A stretch of 58,469 bases of DNA from Acutalibacteraceae bacterium (GTDB taxonomy: Bacteria > Bacillota > Clostridia > Oscillospirales > Acutalibacteraceae): positions 1 through 58,469 of the forward strand of contig JAZRYM010000048.1 of the NCBI GenBank assembly GCA_045600765.1. Reading direction: 5' to 3'. The notes under the pieces were generated by a model. That model saw only the letters and a list, made by a program, of their open reading frames with translations, made no database searches and was not told the DNA's origin. A program made the position numbers and the translations under genes. Below are positions 34,470-43,800 of this stretch, in pieces (position 1 is the first letter of the stretch; each line of letters starts with the position of its first letter).

Positions 34470-35600
34470 ATGACCTTTTTTGAACCGCTCGTTCAAAATC
34501 TGCTGTCTATGTTTCAGGACGGCAGTTGGTGGAAACTGATGACGATGTGGGTGGTCGGCGGCGTGCTTATTTTCCTTGCTATTAAAAGGGAAATGGAGCC
34601 GTCTCTCCTGCTCCCCATCGGCTTTGGTGCCATTCTCGTCAACCTGCCGGGATTGTCGGAAGGCCTGCACAATCTCACCTTTCTCTACAACGTGGGAGTG
34701 AAATCGCAGGAACTGTTGCCGCTCATCCTCTTTATCGGTATCGGCGCGATGATTGATTTCGGCCCGCTGTTATCGAACCCCAAATTGATGCTGTTCGGCG
34801 CGGCGGCGCAATTCGGTATCTTCTTCACCTTTGCCATGGCGAGCCTCTGCGGGTTTGACCTGCGCGACGCGGCATCCATCTCCATTATCGGCGCGGCGGA
34901 CGGCCCGACCTCTATCGTGGTGGCGCAGGAACTCGGCTCGAAATACCTGCCCGCGATTATCGTCGCCGCCTACTCATATATGGCGCTGGTACCGATTATT
35001 CAGCCGCCGATTATCAAACTGCTCACCACCAAAAAAGAACGGCTCATCCGTATGCCCTATGCGCCGCAATCGGTCAGCAAACTCACCCGCATCTTGTTCC
35101 CCATTTTGGCGACGGTGATTACCGGCGTGATTGCACCGGACAGCGTGGAACTCATCGGCTTTTTGATGTTCGGTAACCTCATCCGCGAATGCGGGGTCTT
35201 AAACAGCCTGTCCGAAACCGCGCAAAACGTCCTCGCCAACCTCGTAACGCTGTTCCTCGGTATCACGGTAGCGGTCGGTATGAAAGCGGAAGCGTTTTTG
35301 ACGTGGAACACCCTGCTTATTCTCGGGCTCGGACTGGTGGCGTTCATCTTTGATACCGCCGGCGGCGTGGTGTTCGCCAAATTCCTCAATCTGTTCTTAA
35401 AACAAAAAATCAACCCGATGATTGGTGCCGCCGGTATCTCGGCATTTCCCATGTCGGCGCGTATCATTCACAAACTGGGCCGCGAGGAAGACAGTCAGAA
35501 TTTCCTGCTTCCCCACGCCATCGGAGTCAACGTCTCCGGTCAGGTGGCATCCGTCGTTGCCGGCGGATTGATGCTCCACCTCGTGTCGGGACTTTTGTAA
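34470..35600 (+). CDS. Sodium ion-translocating decarboxylase beta subunit (OadB/GcdB/MmdB family)
   Basis: Start moved to ATG 34470 (GAGG 8 nt upstream; the track start at 34461 is GTG). Polytopic membrane protein with IGIGAMIDFGPLL, IIGAADGPTS, ISAFPMSAR family signatures. Confidence 0.9.
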   Translation: MTFFEPLVQNLLSMFQDGSWWKLMTMWVVGGVLIFLAIKREMEPSLLLPIGFGAILVNLPGLSEGLHNLTFLYNVGVKSQELLPLILFIGIGAMIDFGPLLSNPKLMLFGAAAQFGIFFTFAMASLCGFDLRDAASISIIGAADGPTSIVVAQELGSKYLPAIIVAAYSYMALVPIIQPPIIKLLTTKKERLIRMPYAPQSVSKLTRILFPILATVITGVIAPDSVELIGFLMFGNLIRECGVLNSLSETAQNVLANLVTLFLGITVAVGMKAEAFLTWNTLLILGLGLVAFIFDTAGGVVFAKFLNLFLKQKINPMIGAAGISAFPMSARIIHKLGREEDSQNFLLPHAIGVNVSGQVASVVAGGLMLHLVSGLL

Positions 35601-35612
35601 GGAGGGCGCGCA

Positions 35613-35756
35613 ATGATTATAGCAATGACTTCCCTTTCCACCGTGTTGTCGGTCATCGGTCAAGGGCTTGTGGGCGTGTTTGTGGTGCTCGGGCTCTTGG
35701 CGGCGGCGGTGTGTATCTTAAACAAAACCACCGGCAACCAATCGAAAGACGAATAA
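35613..35756 (+). CDS. Small single-TM protein, OadG-like (decarboxylase gamma chain)
   Basis: Not in the ORF track because it is under 60 aa. My translation: MIIAMTSLSTVLSVIGQGLVGVFVVLGLLAAAVCILNKTTGNQSKDE. RBS AAGGAGGG lies 5 nt upstream, 12 nt after the beta-subunit stop, and a terminator follows. Confidence 0.55.
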   Translation: MIIAMTSLSTVLSVIGQGLVGVFVVLGLLAAAVCILNKTTGNQSKDE

Positions 35757-35772
35757 ACAACGTAAAACAGCG

Positions 35773-35810
35773 AAAAACAGCGGTTTGGCATCTTCCAAAC
35801 CGCTGTTTTT
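35773..35810. terminator. Bidirectional terminator (end of the decarboxylase operon and end of the SipL-like gene)
   Basis: Stem CAGCGGTTTGG (35778-35788) / CCAAACCGCTG (35796-35806), 7-nt loop, T5; an A run lies on the other side. Confidence 0.85.
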
Positions 35811-35820
35811 GTGTATAAAA

Positions 35821-37329
35821 TTACAGAAGTGGGACGAGGAGCATAGTGCGTTTAGGAAGCACGTCGCCGTCCAGTTCATTTTCGGCTTTGAGAGCCGCCA
35901 CCGACGTGTGACCCGCTTTGGCGACATCCCACAGACTTTCGCCCGCGTCGGCATAGACGATTTTCACCGCCGCTTCCTCGTTCGGATAAGCGGCCGTTTC
36001 CTCCCCTGCCACTCCGGTCACCGCCATCACGTGTGTCATTTCGAACTGACGGCGGGTCACGTCAAGCGTTGCCTTGACGGTCAGTTGCCCTTCCTGCTCG
36101 GAAAACGCGTCACACGACGTAACCGAAAAATCGCTCTGCTCCGCTGTTCCGACGGCGGCAAACCGCTCGGAAAAGTCCGCCGTGCGCTCCGCATACTGCA
36201 CTTGCCCCTCGCCGTCGGCATAGAGCAAATGCACCGACAGCCGCCCGCCGAGGGTGCGTGTCATCTCGCCGTTTTCCGCCGAAAGCGCGGTTGCCTCGCA
36301 CCACGCGGAAAGGATATGCGCCGCATCGGTCGGCAACTCCATCGTTTTGGTCACGGTCATCGGCTCAGTGGAAACGGACAAGAGCCGTCGGCAATCCACC
36401 GCTTGCGTTTGCACCGTCACCGGCATCGTGGTCGCATACACGTCGGTCACTACCGTCGCGTTCTCGTTCGTCCACGCCTGCGCGCACAAGGCAAGTTTTG
36501 TCGCGGAATACAGGCTTTTTTCGCCGCTTTCCTCCTCAATACGCACGTTATGCGAAACGGTACGCACCGTTACGTCCACCGTCGCGTCTTCGTCCACACC
36601 GGGCAAGTCGAGCATTTGGCTAAACGGCAACGTGTACTCGTTCCCCGTCGTTTTGCCGCTCTCCGCATCACACAGCGCAAACACGTGAATATGCAAGTTG
36701 CCTTTGGCAATGATTTTCCCCGCAAGCACCTTGATTTCACTCACCGTCGGCACAGCGCAACTGCGCAGTACCCGTTCGATGCCGTCGGCGGATGCGATTG
36801 TCTCGCCGATGGAAAACGGCTTTTGCGCCGCACCCGCCGGTACGCTCGCCGTCACCGTTTCGGTTTTTAAGTAGACGTTCTCCTCCGCCACGTCCGACAA
36901 CACCGTTTGCGCCGTAGCGGTCGCCGCCGATGCCTTGACGTGAATGGCGCCGTGAATGTCCAACCGACGCGGACTGACGGCGCGACAATGCACATAATCG
37001 GTGGTCGCCGTCACCTCTGCTGCTGTGTCGTTTTGGCGACCGTCGGTCAAAAACGCGGCGGAAAACGCCTGGGTGATTTCATAAGTATAGACGGTTTTTC
37101 GCCCCTCGTCCAGATACAACACGCGCAAAAGCGCCGTGCCGTCCGCGGTCAGTTTGTCGCCGTTCCAGCCGCTTGCCGTCACGGACGGAATCAGCTCACA
37201 GCACAAAATCGCCGCCACGTCCGGGCAGTAATCGGGCAATACCACGTCCACGTCCACGGGACGTTCGTCAGCGGTATCGAGCAGAGCGGTTGTGGTGGTC
37301 ATCGGTTGCGTTTTTTCGTTAAATTCCAT
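35821..37329 (-). CDS. DUF3794 plus C-terminal LysM protein (SipL-like spore coat morphogenetic protein)
   Basis: Start set at MEFNEKTQ (37329). VVLPDYCPDVAAIL DUF3794-type motif and a C-terminal LysM-like VYADAGESLWDVAKAGHTSVAALKAENEL...LLVP. Confidence 0.65.
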   Translation of the reverse strand: MEFNEKTQPMTTTTALLDTADERPVDVDVVLPDYCPDVAAILCCELIPSVTASGWNGDKLTADGTALLRVLYLDEGRKTVYTYEITQAFSAAFLTDGRQNDTAAEVTATTDYVHCRAVSPRRLDIHGAIHVKASAATATAQTVLSDVAEENVYLKTETVTASVPAGAAQKPFSIGETIASADGIERVLRSCAVPTVSEIKVLAGKIIAKGNLHIHVFALCDAESGKTTGNEYTLPFSQMLDLPGVDEDATVDVTVRTVSHNVRIEEESGEKSLYSATKLALCAQAWTNENATVVTDVYATTMPVTVQTQAVDCRRLLSVSTEPMTVTKTMELPTDAAHILSAWCEATALSAENGEMTRTLGGRLSVHLLYADGEGQVQYAERTADFSERFAAVGTAEQSDFSVTSCDAFSEQEGQLTVKATLDVTRRQFEMTHVMAVTGVAGEETAAYPNEEAAVKIVYADAGESLWDVAKAGHTSVAALKAENELDGDVLPKRTMLLVPLL

Positions 37330-37387
37330 CGCTTGTCTCTCCTTCACATAGGATTTTGTATACCTATATGCGAGAGAATAGAAAAAA

Positions 37388-37431
37388 AGACCCGGACGAC
37401 GCAAGATAGAAATTTTGTGTCATCCGGGTCT
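37388..37431 (-). terminator. Terminator downstream of the DUF6273 gene
   Basis: Stem AGACCCGGA(CGAC) 37388-37400 / (GTCA)TCCGGGTCT 37419-37431 with one mismatch. A7 on the plus strand (37382-37388) gives a T run on the minus strand. Confidence 0.6.
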
Positions 37432-37443
37432 TTTGATATTTGA

Positions 37444-38304
37444 TTATTTTTTCAAGTCAATCCACATAGCCGGACGAACCGCGCCATATGTGTTGCAAAC
37501 GGGGAGATTGCTGAAATCGCTGGTCACTTCGTACACTCTGACAATGGTTGCCTCGTTTTGGCGAAAGCTCGGCGTCCGAAGCCACCACCAACTGTATCTA
37601 TGGCAGGACTGGTCATCCGTGGCACGATGCACTTTTTCGCTCTTTTCGCAACGTCTTTCATAGCCATCGGCAAAATACGTTTCCGCTTCTTTCATACTGA
37701 GCAAAAACACCTTATCGTTTGTCGCGTTTCCGGGATTCGTTTTATAATTCGGATTCGCGTCGGCAGGCACCGAAACGGTGGGGATCAACGCTTGGTGTTT
37801 TGAGCCGAAAGCGGTATTCAAGAAGTTGTCGTTCAGCCATTTGCGGAGCGTGCAAGTCTCCCACGTCACGTTCACCCACGGTGAATTGTACGCTTTCGAT
37901 TCAATGGCAACAACGCTGATAACAAAGGCCTTGCCGTCCTTCACGTCCAGCACCTGCCACTCGATTTCCTCTTTCCCGTTTTTCGCGATGGCGTCCTGCT
38001 CATACTGTCCGAACTTGATGACGTCGCCTTTTTTCACGTCGGAAAGGTTTTCCATTTGCGCCAAGTAGAGACTTTCGACCTCTTTTTCTTTGCTGTCCTT
38101 GTAGTCAATCGCCTTAAACGCCTCATACGCATCCTGATACTTTCCGTCACGATAGCAGGTCATCGCCTTGTGATATTTAACGGACGGGATAACCGCAAAC
38201 AACAGCAAAAGCACCATAGCGGCACCTATCACGACAGCCGCCGCGATGAGGGCAAAAATTTTCTTCCGTTTTTTTGTTTCGCATTTTCCGTTTGTCATCA
38301 GCAA
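37444..38304 (-). CDS. DUF6273-like membrane-anchored protein
   Basis: N-terminal TM helix, IEWQVLDV..GKAFVIS, VTWETCTLRKWLN, DKVFLLS..EA, WWWLRTP, AVRPAMWIDL. I recognise this motif series as DUF6273. Confidence 0.6.
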   Translation of the reverse strand: MLMTNGKCETKKRKKIFALIAAAVVIGAAMVLLLLFAVIPSVKYHKAMTCYRDGKYQDAYEAFKAIDYKDSKEKEVESLYLAQMENLSDVKKGDVIKFGQYEQDAIAKNGKEEIEWQVLDVKDGKAFVISVVAIESKAYNSPWVNVTWETCTLRKWLNDNFLNTAFGSKHQALIPTVSVPADANPNYKTNPGNATNDKVFLLSMKEAETYFADGYERRCEKSEKVHRATDDQSCHRYSWWWLRTPSFRQNEATIVRVYEVTSDFSNLPVCNTYGAVRPAMWIDLKK

Positions 38305-38396
38305 GTTTCCTCTTGTTCATAAAATAACAAGCACAAGGATACCACACCGCGCGTCGAAAGTAAAGCATTTTTTGGAATTTTTCGGCATCCTGCCCG

Positions 38397-39317
38397 TCAT
38401 TCCGCTTTTTTCTCCGGTAACTGCGCGAGTACGATGGCAGTAAACATCAGCACGCAACCGACCACCTGCACCACGGTGGGCACTTGACCGAGGAACACCA
38501 TCGCCGCAAGCACGGCAAAGACCGATTCGAGACTCATCAGCATAGAAGCAAGGGTCGGCGGAGTGTACTGTTGCCCCAAAATTTGGAGCGTATAGGCAAG
38601 CCCGCTCGAAAACGCGCCCGCATAAAGGATTTCTACCCATGCGCCGCCGATTGCCGTCAATGACGGTTCTTCAAACACAAACATTCCGATACCGGACAAC
38701 ACGCCCACCACCGCAAACTGGAAGCAGGAAAGCGCGACCCCGTCCACCTCGTCGATAAAGCGGTCAACAAGGAGGATTTGCACCGCAAAAAACACGGCAC
38801 TGCCAAACACGAGAATATCGCCGAAATCGGGACGCGTTTTGCCCGTCATACACAAAAGGTACAACCCACACAGTGCGAGCCCGACACCAATCCACACCTT
38901 GCCGCCCACTTTTTTTCGGAAAAACAACCCGAATAAAGGCACAAGCAAAATATAGAGCGCGGTCACAAAGCCCGCTTTACCGACCACCGCGCCGTCGCTC
39001 GCCGTACCTGCAATGGAAGCCGCCAAGTCGTTGTAGTAGATGCCGAATTGTTGCAGACAGCAGGCAATGCACAGCGCAAACCCGCAGGAAAACCCCGCTT
39101 TAAGAAAGGTTTTTTTGTCGGTGGCTACGCGCTTTCCTTTTTTGCGCCGCAACAAAATCCACGGAAGCAACACAAGAGCGCCCAAAAACGAACGTGTCGA
39201 TTGAAAGGTGAATGAACCAACGTACTGCATCGCCGTGCTCTGCGCCACAAACGCCGAACCCCATATCATCGCGCACAGCGTCAGCATCGCGCTTCCTTTA
39301 AGTTGTTGTTTGTTCAT
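38397..39317 (-). CDS. DMT-superfamily (EamA) transporter
   Basis: Ten TM helices in two EamA halves. Start preferred at ATG 39317 (MNKQQLKG); the track start at 39329 is GTG. Confidence 0.85.
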   Translation of the reverse strand: MNKQQLKGSAMLTLCAMIWGSAFVAQSTAMQYVGSFTFQSTRSFLGALVLLPWILLRRKKGKRVATDKKTFLKAGFSCGFALCIACCLQQFGIYYNDLAASIAGTASDGAVVGKAGFVTALYILLVPLFGLFFRKKVGGKVWIGVGLALCGLYLLCMTGKTRPDFGDILVFGSAVFFAVQILLVDRFIDEVDGVALSCFQFAVVGVLSGIGMFVFEEPSLTAIGGAWVEILYAGAFSSGLAYTLQILGQQYTPPTLASMLMSLESVFAVLAAMVFLGQVPTVVQVVGCVLMFTAIVLAQLPEKKAE

Positions 39318-39337
39318 ATTGACCCTCACTCATCTGT

Positions 39338-39375
39338 AAAAATCCCGCTTTGACGATGCAAAGCGGGATTTTTTT
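39338..39375. terminator. Terminator downstream of the 39374-40633 dockerin gene
   Basis: Stem AATCCCGCTTT (39341-39351) / AAAGCGGGATT (39360-39370), flanked by an A run and a T run. Confidence 0.8.
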
Positions 39376-40633
39376 AGTTCAAATAATCGCCCCAATGGAT
39401 ACGCAGACCCATCATCGCACCGGCGTGGTGAATGGCATACCCGACCGGGAAATCTTTTTCAATTTCGCGGTTATCCACCTTTTGGTTGAGCTTATACAGC
39501 TCCGACCACGCGGTGTAAATACCCTCGTCATAGAAGTCCACGTGATCGCCCTCGCCGGAGTCGCCGAGTTCAATACCGAACACCACTTTGGTGCCGTAGG
39601 TTTTGGCGGCGGGAATGACGTTCATTCCGCAACCGTAAATATTCGCCGCTTCATCGCGGTAGGACATCATACACATCGTGTCGCAGTTGGCGGCAATAAT
39701 GTTGTAAATTCCTTTCACGCCGTTTAGTTCAAGCTCGCGCCCGTTCGCTTCCCAGCCGCAAGCGATATCCAGTTCCACCGGAACGCCTCTTTTACGCGCA
39801 TCGGCAACTTGCGGAATAAAGTGAGACACATAGCTTGACAACTGCGATTCGGAGTTGCGCGGTTCAATATCGCAATGCAGCGCATACAGCCCGTCGTCCG
39901 GATACTCACTCTTATAGGTCAAGAACCCGTCCACACAGCGGTTAAACGGCCCACTGCCGTAAATGGAACCCTGGTCGTCATACAGCGCCGCCACACGGAT
40001 ACCGTATTCCGAGGCAATCTCCACAAAATGGTGCAAATCGGCGCGGGTAGAAGAACCGCTATACAACCACGAATAGCATTCGTAGTAAACCTCGGTCACC
40101 TGGTTCTTTTTGAACATTTCCATATAGCGGCGGATGGAGCTGTCGCTGTATTGCGGTGTCCAGCACCACACGCCGAGCGTTTTGGACGTTCCCTCAATGA
40201 AGTTAATCGCCGGGTCGGCGTAGTCAATACCCGATTTCGGGTCCCAGTCCTCGCGGGCGTTTTCCGGCATCGGCACGGTCGGTTTGGTAGTTGGCACCGT
40301 TGTGGTAGTCGTGGTGGGCAAAATAGACGTGCGGGTCGGAAGGGTGCCTATACCGGCAAGATATTTCCGCACAAGGAGCACGTCTTTCATATCAATATTC
40401 GCATCGTTGTTCACGTCCGCGGCATCCCAATCCGCAAGGTCTTCCAGCCCGACAATAAATTTACGCAGGCCGAGCACGTCTTTCATATTGATGGCACCGT
40501 CACCGTTCGCGTCGCCGCAAAGCACCGTTACCACCGGTTCGTTTTCGGCAGACGTGGAAAAGAGCGGCAAAGCGACGAGCACCATCACTACCGCCATCAA
40601 AAGGCTTAACACACGAAGTTTGGTCGATTTCAT
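39374..40633 (-). CDS. Secreted protein with an N-terminal dockerin and an unassigned, possibly TIM-barrel hydrolase-like, C-terminal domain
   Basis: Signal peptide MKSTKLRVLSLLMAVVMVLVALPLF. Dockerin DANGDGAINMKDVLGLRK / DVNNDANIDMKDVLLVRK lies directly after it. T-rich linker TTTTTVPTTKPT, then about 300 aa with no family I can name. Confidence 0.7.
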   Translation of the reverse strand: MKSTKLRVLSLLMAVVMVLVALPLFSTSAENEPVVTVLCGDANGDGAINMKDVLGLRKFIVGLEDLADWDAADVNNDANIDMKDVLLVRKYLAGIGTLPTRTSILPTTTTTTVPTTKPTVPMPENAREDWDPKSGIDYADPAINFIEGTSKTLGVWCWTPQYSDSSIRRYMEMFKKNQVTEVYYECYSWLYSGSSTRADLHHFVEIASEYGIRVAALYDDQGSIYGSGPFNRCVDGFLTYKSEYPDDGLYALHCDIEPRNSESQLSSYVSHFIPQVADARKRGVPVELDIACGWEANGRELELNGVKGIYNIIAANCDTMCMMSYRDEAANIYGCGMNVIPAAKTYGTKVVFGIELGDSGEGDHVDFYDEGIYTAWSELYKLNQKVDNREIEKDFPVGYAIHHAGAMMGLRIHWGDYLN

Positions 40634-40675
40634 ACTTGTTCTCCTTATATCCTAATAGATTGAAAACCAACTATG

Positions 40676-40704
40676 AGTATACCCTATTTTTCGCGGTTTG
40701 TCAA
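40676..40704 (-). promoter_or_regulatory. Sigma-A type promoter of the 39374-40633 gene
   Basis: Minus strand TTGACA (40704-40699), 17 nt, TATACT (40681-40676). Confidence 0.65.
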
Positions 40705-40730
40705 CGAGTAAAAGTCAGGGAGTTTTGAAC

Positions 40731-40818
40731 GAATTTTCGCACCCACCCGCGGCGGGCGTTTTAGGGGACGGTGTCCTCGACGTCCCTTTGCGAAATTTAC
40801 ACCCATTCACGGCGGCGC
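40731..40818 (+). repeat. About 1.5 REP-like units (forward)
   Basis: Orphan tail GAATTTTCGCACCCACCCGCGGCGGG, then core TTAGGGGACGGTGTCCTCGACGTCCCTTTGCGAAATTT and tail ACACCCATTCACGGCGGCGC. The head is TTAG instead of GTAG. Confidence 0.75.
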
Positions 40819-40821
40819 ATA

Positions 40822-40860
40822 TAAAAGCAACCCCTCACGACCCAAGGTCGTGAGGGGTTG
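40822..40860 (-). terminator. Terminator downstream of the giant dockerin gene
   Basis: 15-bp stem CAACCCCTCACGACC (40828-40842) / GGTCGTGAGGGGTTG (40846-40860), CAA loop. The minus strand continues CTTTTAT. Confidence 0.8.
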
Positions 40861-40871
40861 CTGCAAAAAGT

Positions 40872-43800
40872 TTACGCATCCAAAGACGGGATAAGTCCCA
40901 CAAGATATTTGCGGAGCATCAGCACGTCTTTCATATTGATGTCGCCGTCACCGTTGCAATCGGCGTTCGCAAAATTGATGTCGATTTCCATACCCGCGAG
41001 CTGCTTGCGAAGCGCCAGCACGTCTTTCATATTCACCGCACCGTCGCCGTTCGCGTCACCGAGCATCGTTTCGTCGTCTTGCGGCACGTCCGGCGCGTCT
41101 TTCAGCGCGGTAAACTGCACTTTGGTGCACGCGGTCGTATCGTCGGCGGTAATCGCTTCCAATTTGTCCGCATCGTTCAGGTTGCCGAGCACTTCGTAGC
41201 CGTTTTCGTCATACCGCGGAGCAAAGCCGAACGCCGCCGACTGCCCTTCCACGGTAATCGTGCCGCCTTTGGCGGTGCCGCTGACGGTAACGTCATCACC
41301 CCAAATGCCGTAAGAGCCGCTGCCGCCTTCTGCGCTTGTCACCGCCACGTTGCCGGAGGTGCTGAGTTCCGCCGTCCAGAAGGCAAAGAGTCCGTTGGCG
41401 GTTCCGTTTTTCGCGCTCGCCACGTCCACGTTCAAGGTGGCATCGTCGGTCACAACCACATTGTCGCCGTAAATACCGGTCGTGCCGCCGTCGCCGTCAG
41501 TCGCACCGACCTTCACCGTTACGTCCGCTTTGTCCCCGATACGCACCGTCAGGTACGCATAAATGCCCTCGGTGTAGCCGTTCGAGGATTCGCCCGTCGT
41601 AAAGGTGTATTTCGCGTTGCCGCCGATGGAGATTTCCTCCGCATTCAGAGCGGACGAATAGTCATAGCCGTCACCCGCCTGCACGTTGACGGTGCCGTCA
41701 CACAAAAGCGTGGCTTTGCCGCTCACTTCCAGAGCGCGACTGCCGTTGCTGTTCACCGCTTTACCGCATTGCACGTCAAACGTCCCATCGCTCACCACGC
41801 TCAATTCCCGGCAGGTCACGCCGATGGCGTCCTCATCTGCGGAATCGCCCGTGTTCATTGTAAAGGTGCCGTTGTTCAGCAGGATGAAATCACCGCTGAT
41901 ATTCGCGCCGATGTTGTCATACTTCGTCGCATCGGAAGAAAGGGTCATCGTGCCGCTGTTGTCAATAAACAGCGTGCCGTTCCATGTGTCCAGCAAAACG
42001 GTTTGCTGTGCCGTCTTGCCCACCGATGCCGTAAAGTCGCCGGCGTTTTGGATGTTTATGTCCTCATAGCTGTAAAAAACAGTCGCATCGCCCACGTTGC
42101 CGATGGTAATTTTCGTCTCTTTGGCGGAGTAGGTCAATGTCCCCTCGTCCGCCCAAAGCACATAGACGTCGGTGCTCTCGGCACCATCACCGTAGTTGAC
42201 GGTAAAGGTTCCGCCGATTTGGAAATCCAAATCCCCTGCGGCATAGATACCGTTTTGACCAAACTCGTGCGTCAAGGCATCCGTCTTAAAGGTCAAGTTG
42301 CCGTCGCCGGTCACAATCACGTCCCAGTAGCCCTCGATAAAAGCACCCCAGTAGGCAGAAGCGCCCGCACCGGTCATATCGAGCACGTTGTCGCCGACCA
42401 GGTTCACCGTCAGCGGTTTGTGGGCACAAATCGCGGTGTCGTTGCCATAAAAATCGCTCCACGTGGTGATGTTGGCATTGTTCAGAGTCAGCGTTTTGTT
42501 TTCGGGGTTAAACGATGCCGTACCGTCGCCGAAAATATCGTCTTTGTTCGTCTCGTCCACCGTCACACCGCCGACCATCAACTGATAGTCGGTATTGGCG
42601 ACCGCGGTAAACTGCAAATCGGCTGTTTCATACGACGGCATCGTCAGTTCTTCGCCTTCGCCGGTTATGGTGAAATCGTAATATCCCACATTCCGGTCGG
42701 ACTCCACCATCAGCGCCGAGCGGTTGCCGCCCTTAAACGTAACGGTCGCGCCGACCTTGTTCGGGTAGAGGCGAAGCGCTTCAGCAATATCCGCGCCGCG
42801 GTCGCCGCTCACAAAGGAGTAGTCGCCCTCGACATAGAACGTCGCTTCACCGCCGCAATAGAGGGCGGTCGCGGTATCCGCTTTACCGCCGGTCACGGCG
42901 AGGTTACCGTCGCCGTAAAGGGCGAGGTCGCCGCCCACGCGAATGGCATCAATCACATTCGCATCGTTGTTGTCAACGGCGACGGTGTTGTCCCCTTCCA
43001 CCATAAGGTTCAAATCGCCCGTCGCAAAAATGCCGGCATAGTTGTGTTCCACCGTCTGCCACTCATACCCTTTGGTCAAACGGCAATCGCGGAGCGTCAG
43101 CGTATTGCTCGCGCTGTCGTAAGCCGCTGTGCCGTCGCCGAGAATATCCTCCGCGTTGTCGTCGGTGACAATGGTATCGCCCACCACAAGACCGTAAGGC
43201 AGTTCCGGCAACCCGTCGATGTTGTTGAACACCACGTACAGTTGCACCATGGTTGTCCCCTCGTTGAACACCTGCACAAAGTCGGGTTCTTTGCCGTTAA
43301 TCGAAAGGGTGGCGCTGTCCAGCACCGTCAAGTAGTTGTAGACATCGGAGTTCAAATCCACGGTATAGCAAATCGCGTAGTTTCCACCGGTTTGGAAGGT
43401 ATCGCCCGAGCAGTAATCCCACTCGTTCACCGGGATTTCGGGGTCGCTGCTCTCCAAGCAGGAGCCGTATCCCATGTAGGAAACGTCTTTCTCAGCGGCA
43501 TCGCACGTGATGGTGCAATCGTTTTCCATCGCGCTGATTTTTTCGCCGCCATAGGGAACGCGGCCCGTCTCCACCGAAACCGTCAGCGGTTTGGAAGCCG
43601 GCGCATCGGTCAGGTTCACATCCGCGTAGTAGGTCACGGTCGTGCCGTCCTCGCTCAGCTCAAATTCGACGGGCACGCCGTCGGCGCTCTCCACCGCAAA
43701 CCCCTCATCAAAGACGAACGGCGCGGCAAGGTCTATCTCCAATTCCAATTTGTAGGCGTAGCCCTTTTCAAAGGTGTTTTCGTTCCAATCGTACACCGGT

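Noticed and set aside
37330-37400. Possible sigma-E type sporulation promoter (ATACAAAAT-like -10) upstream of the SipL-like gene
   Set aside because: I could not find a -35 element (ATATT-like) at the correct spacing, so the match is too weak to call.
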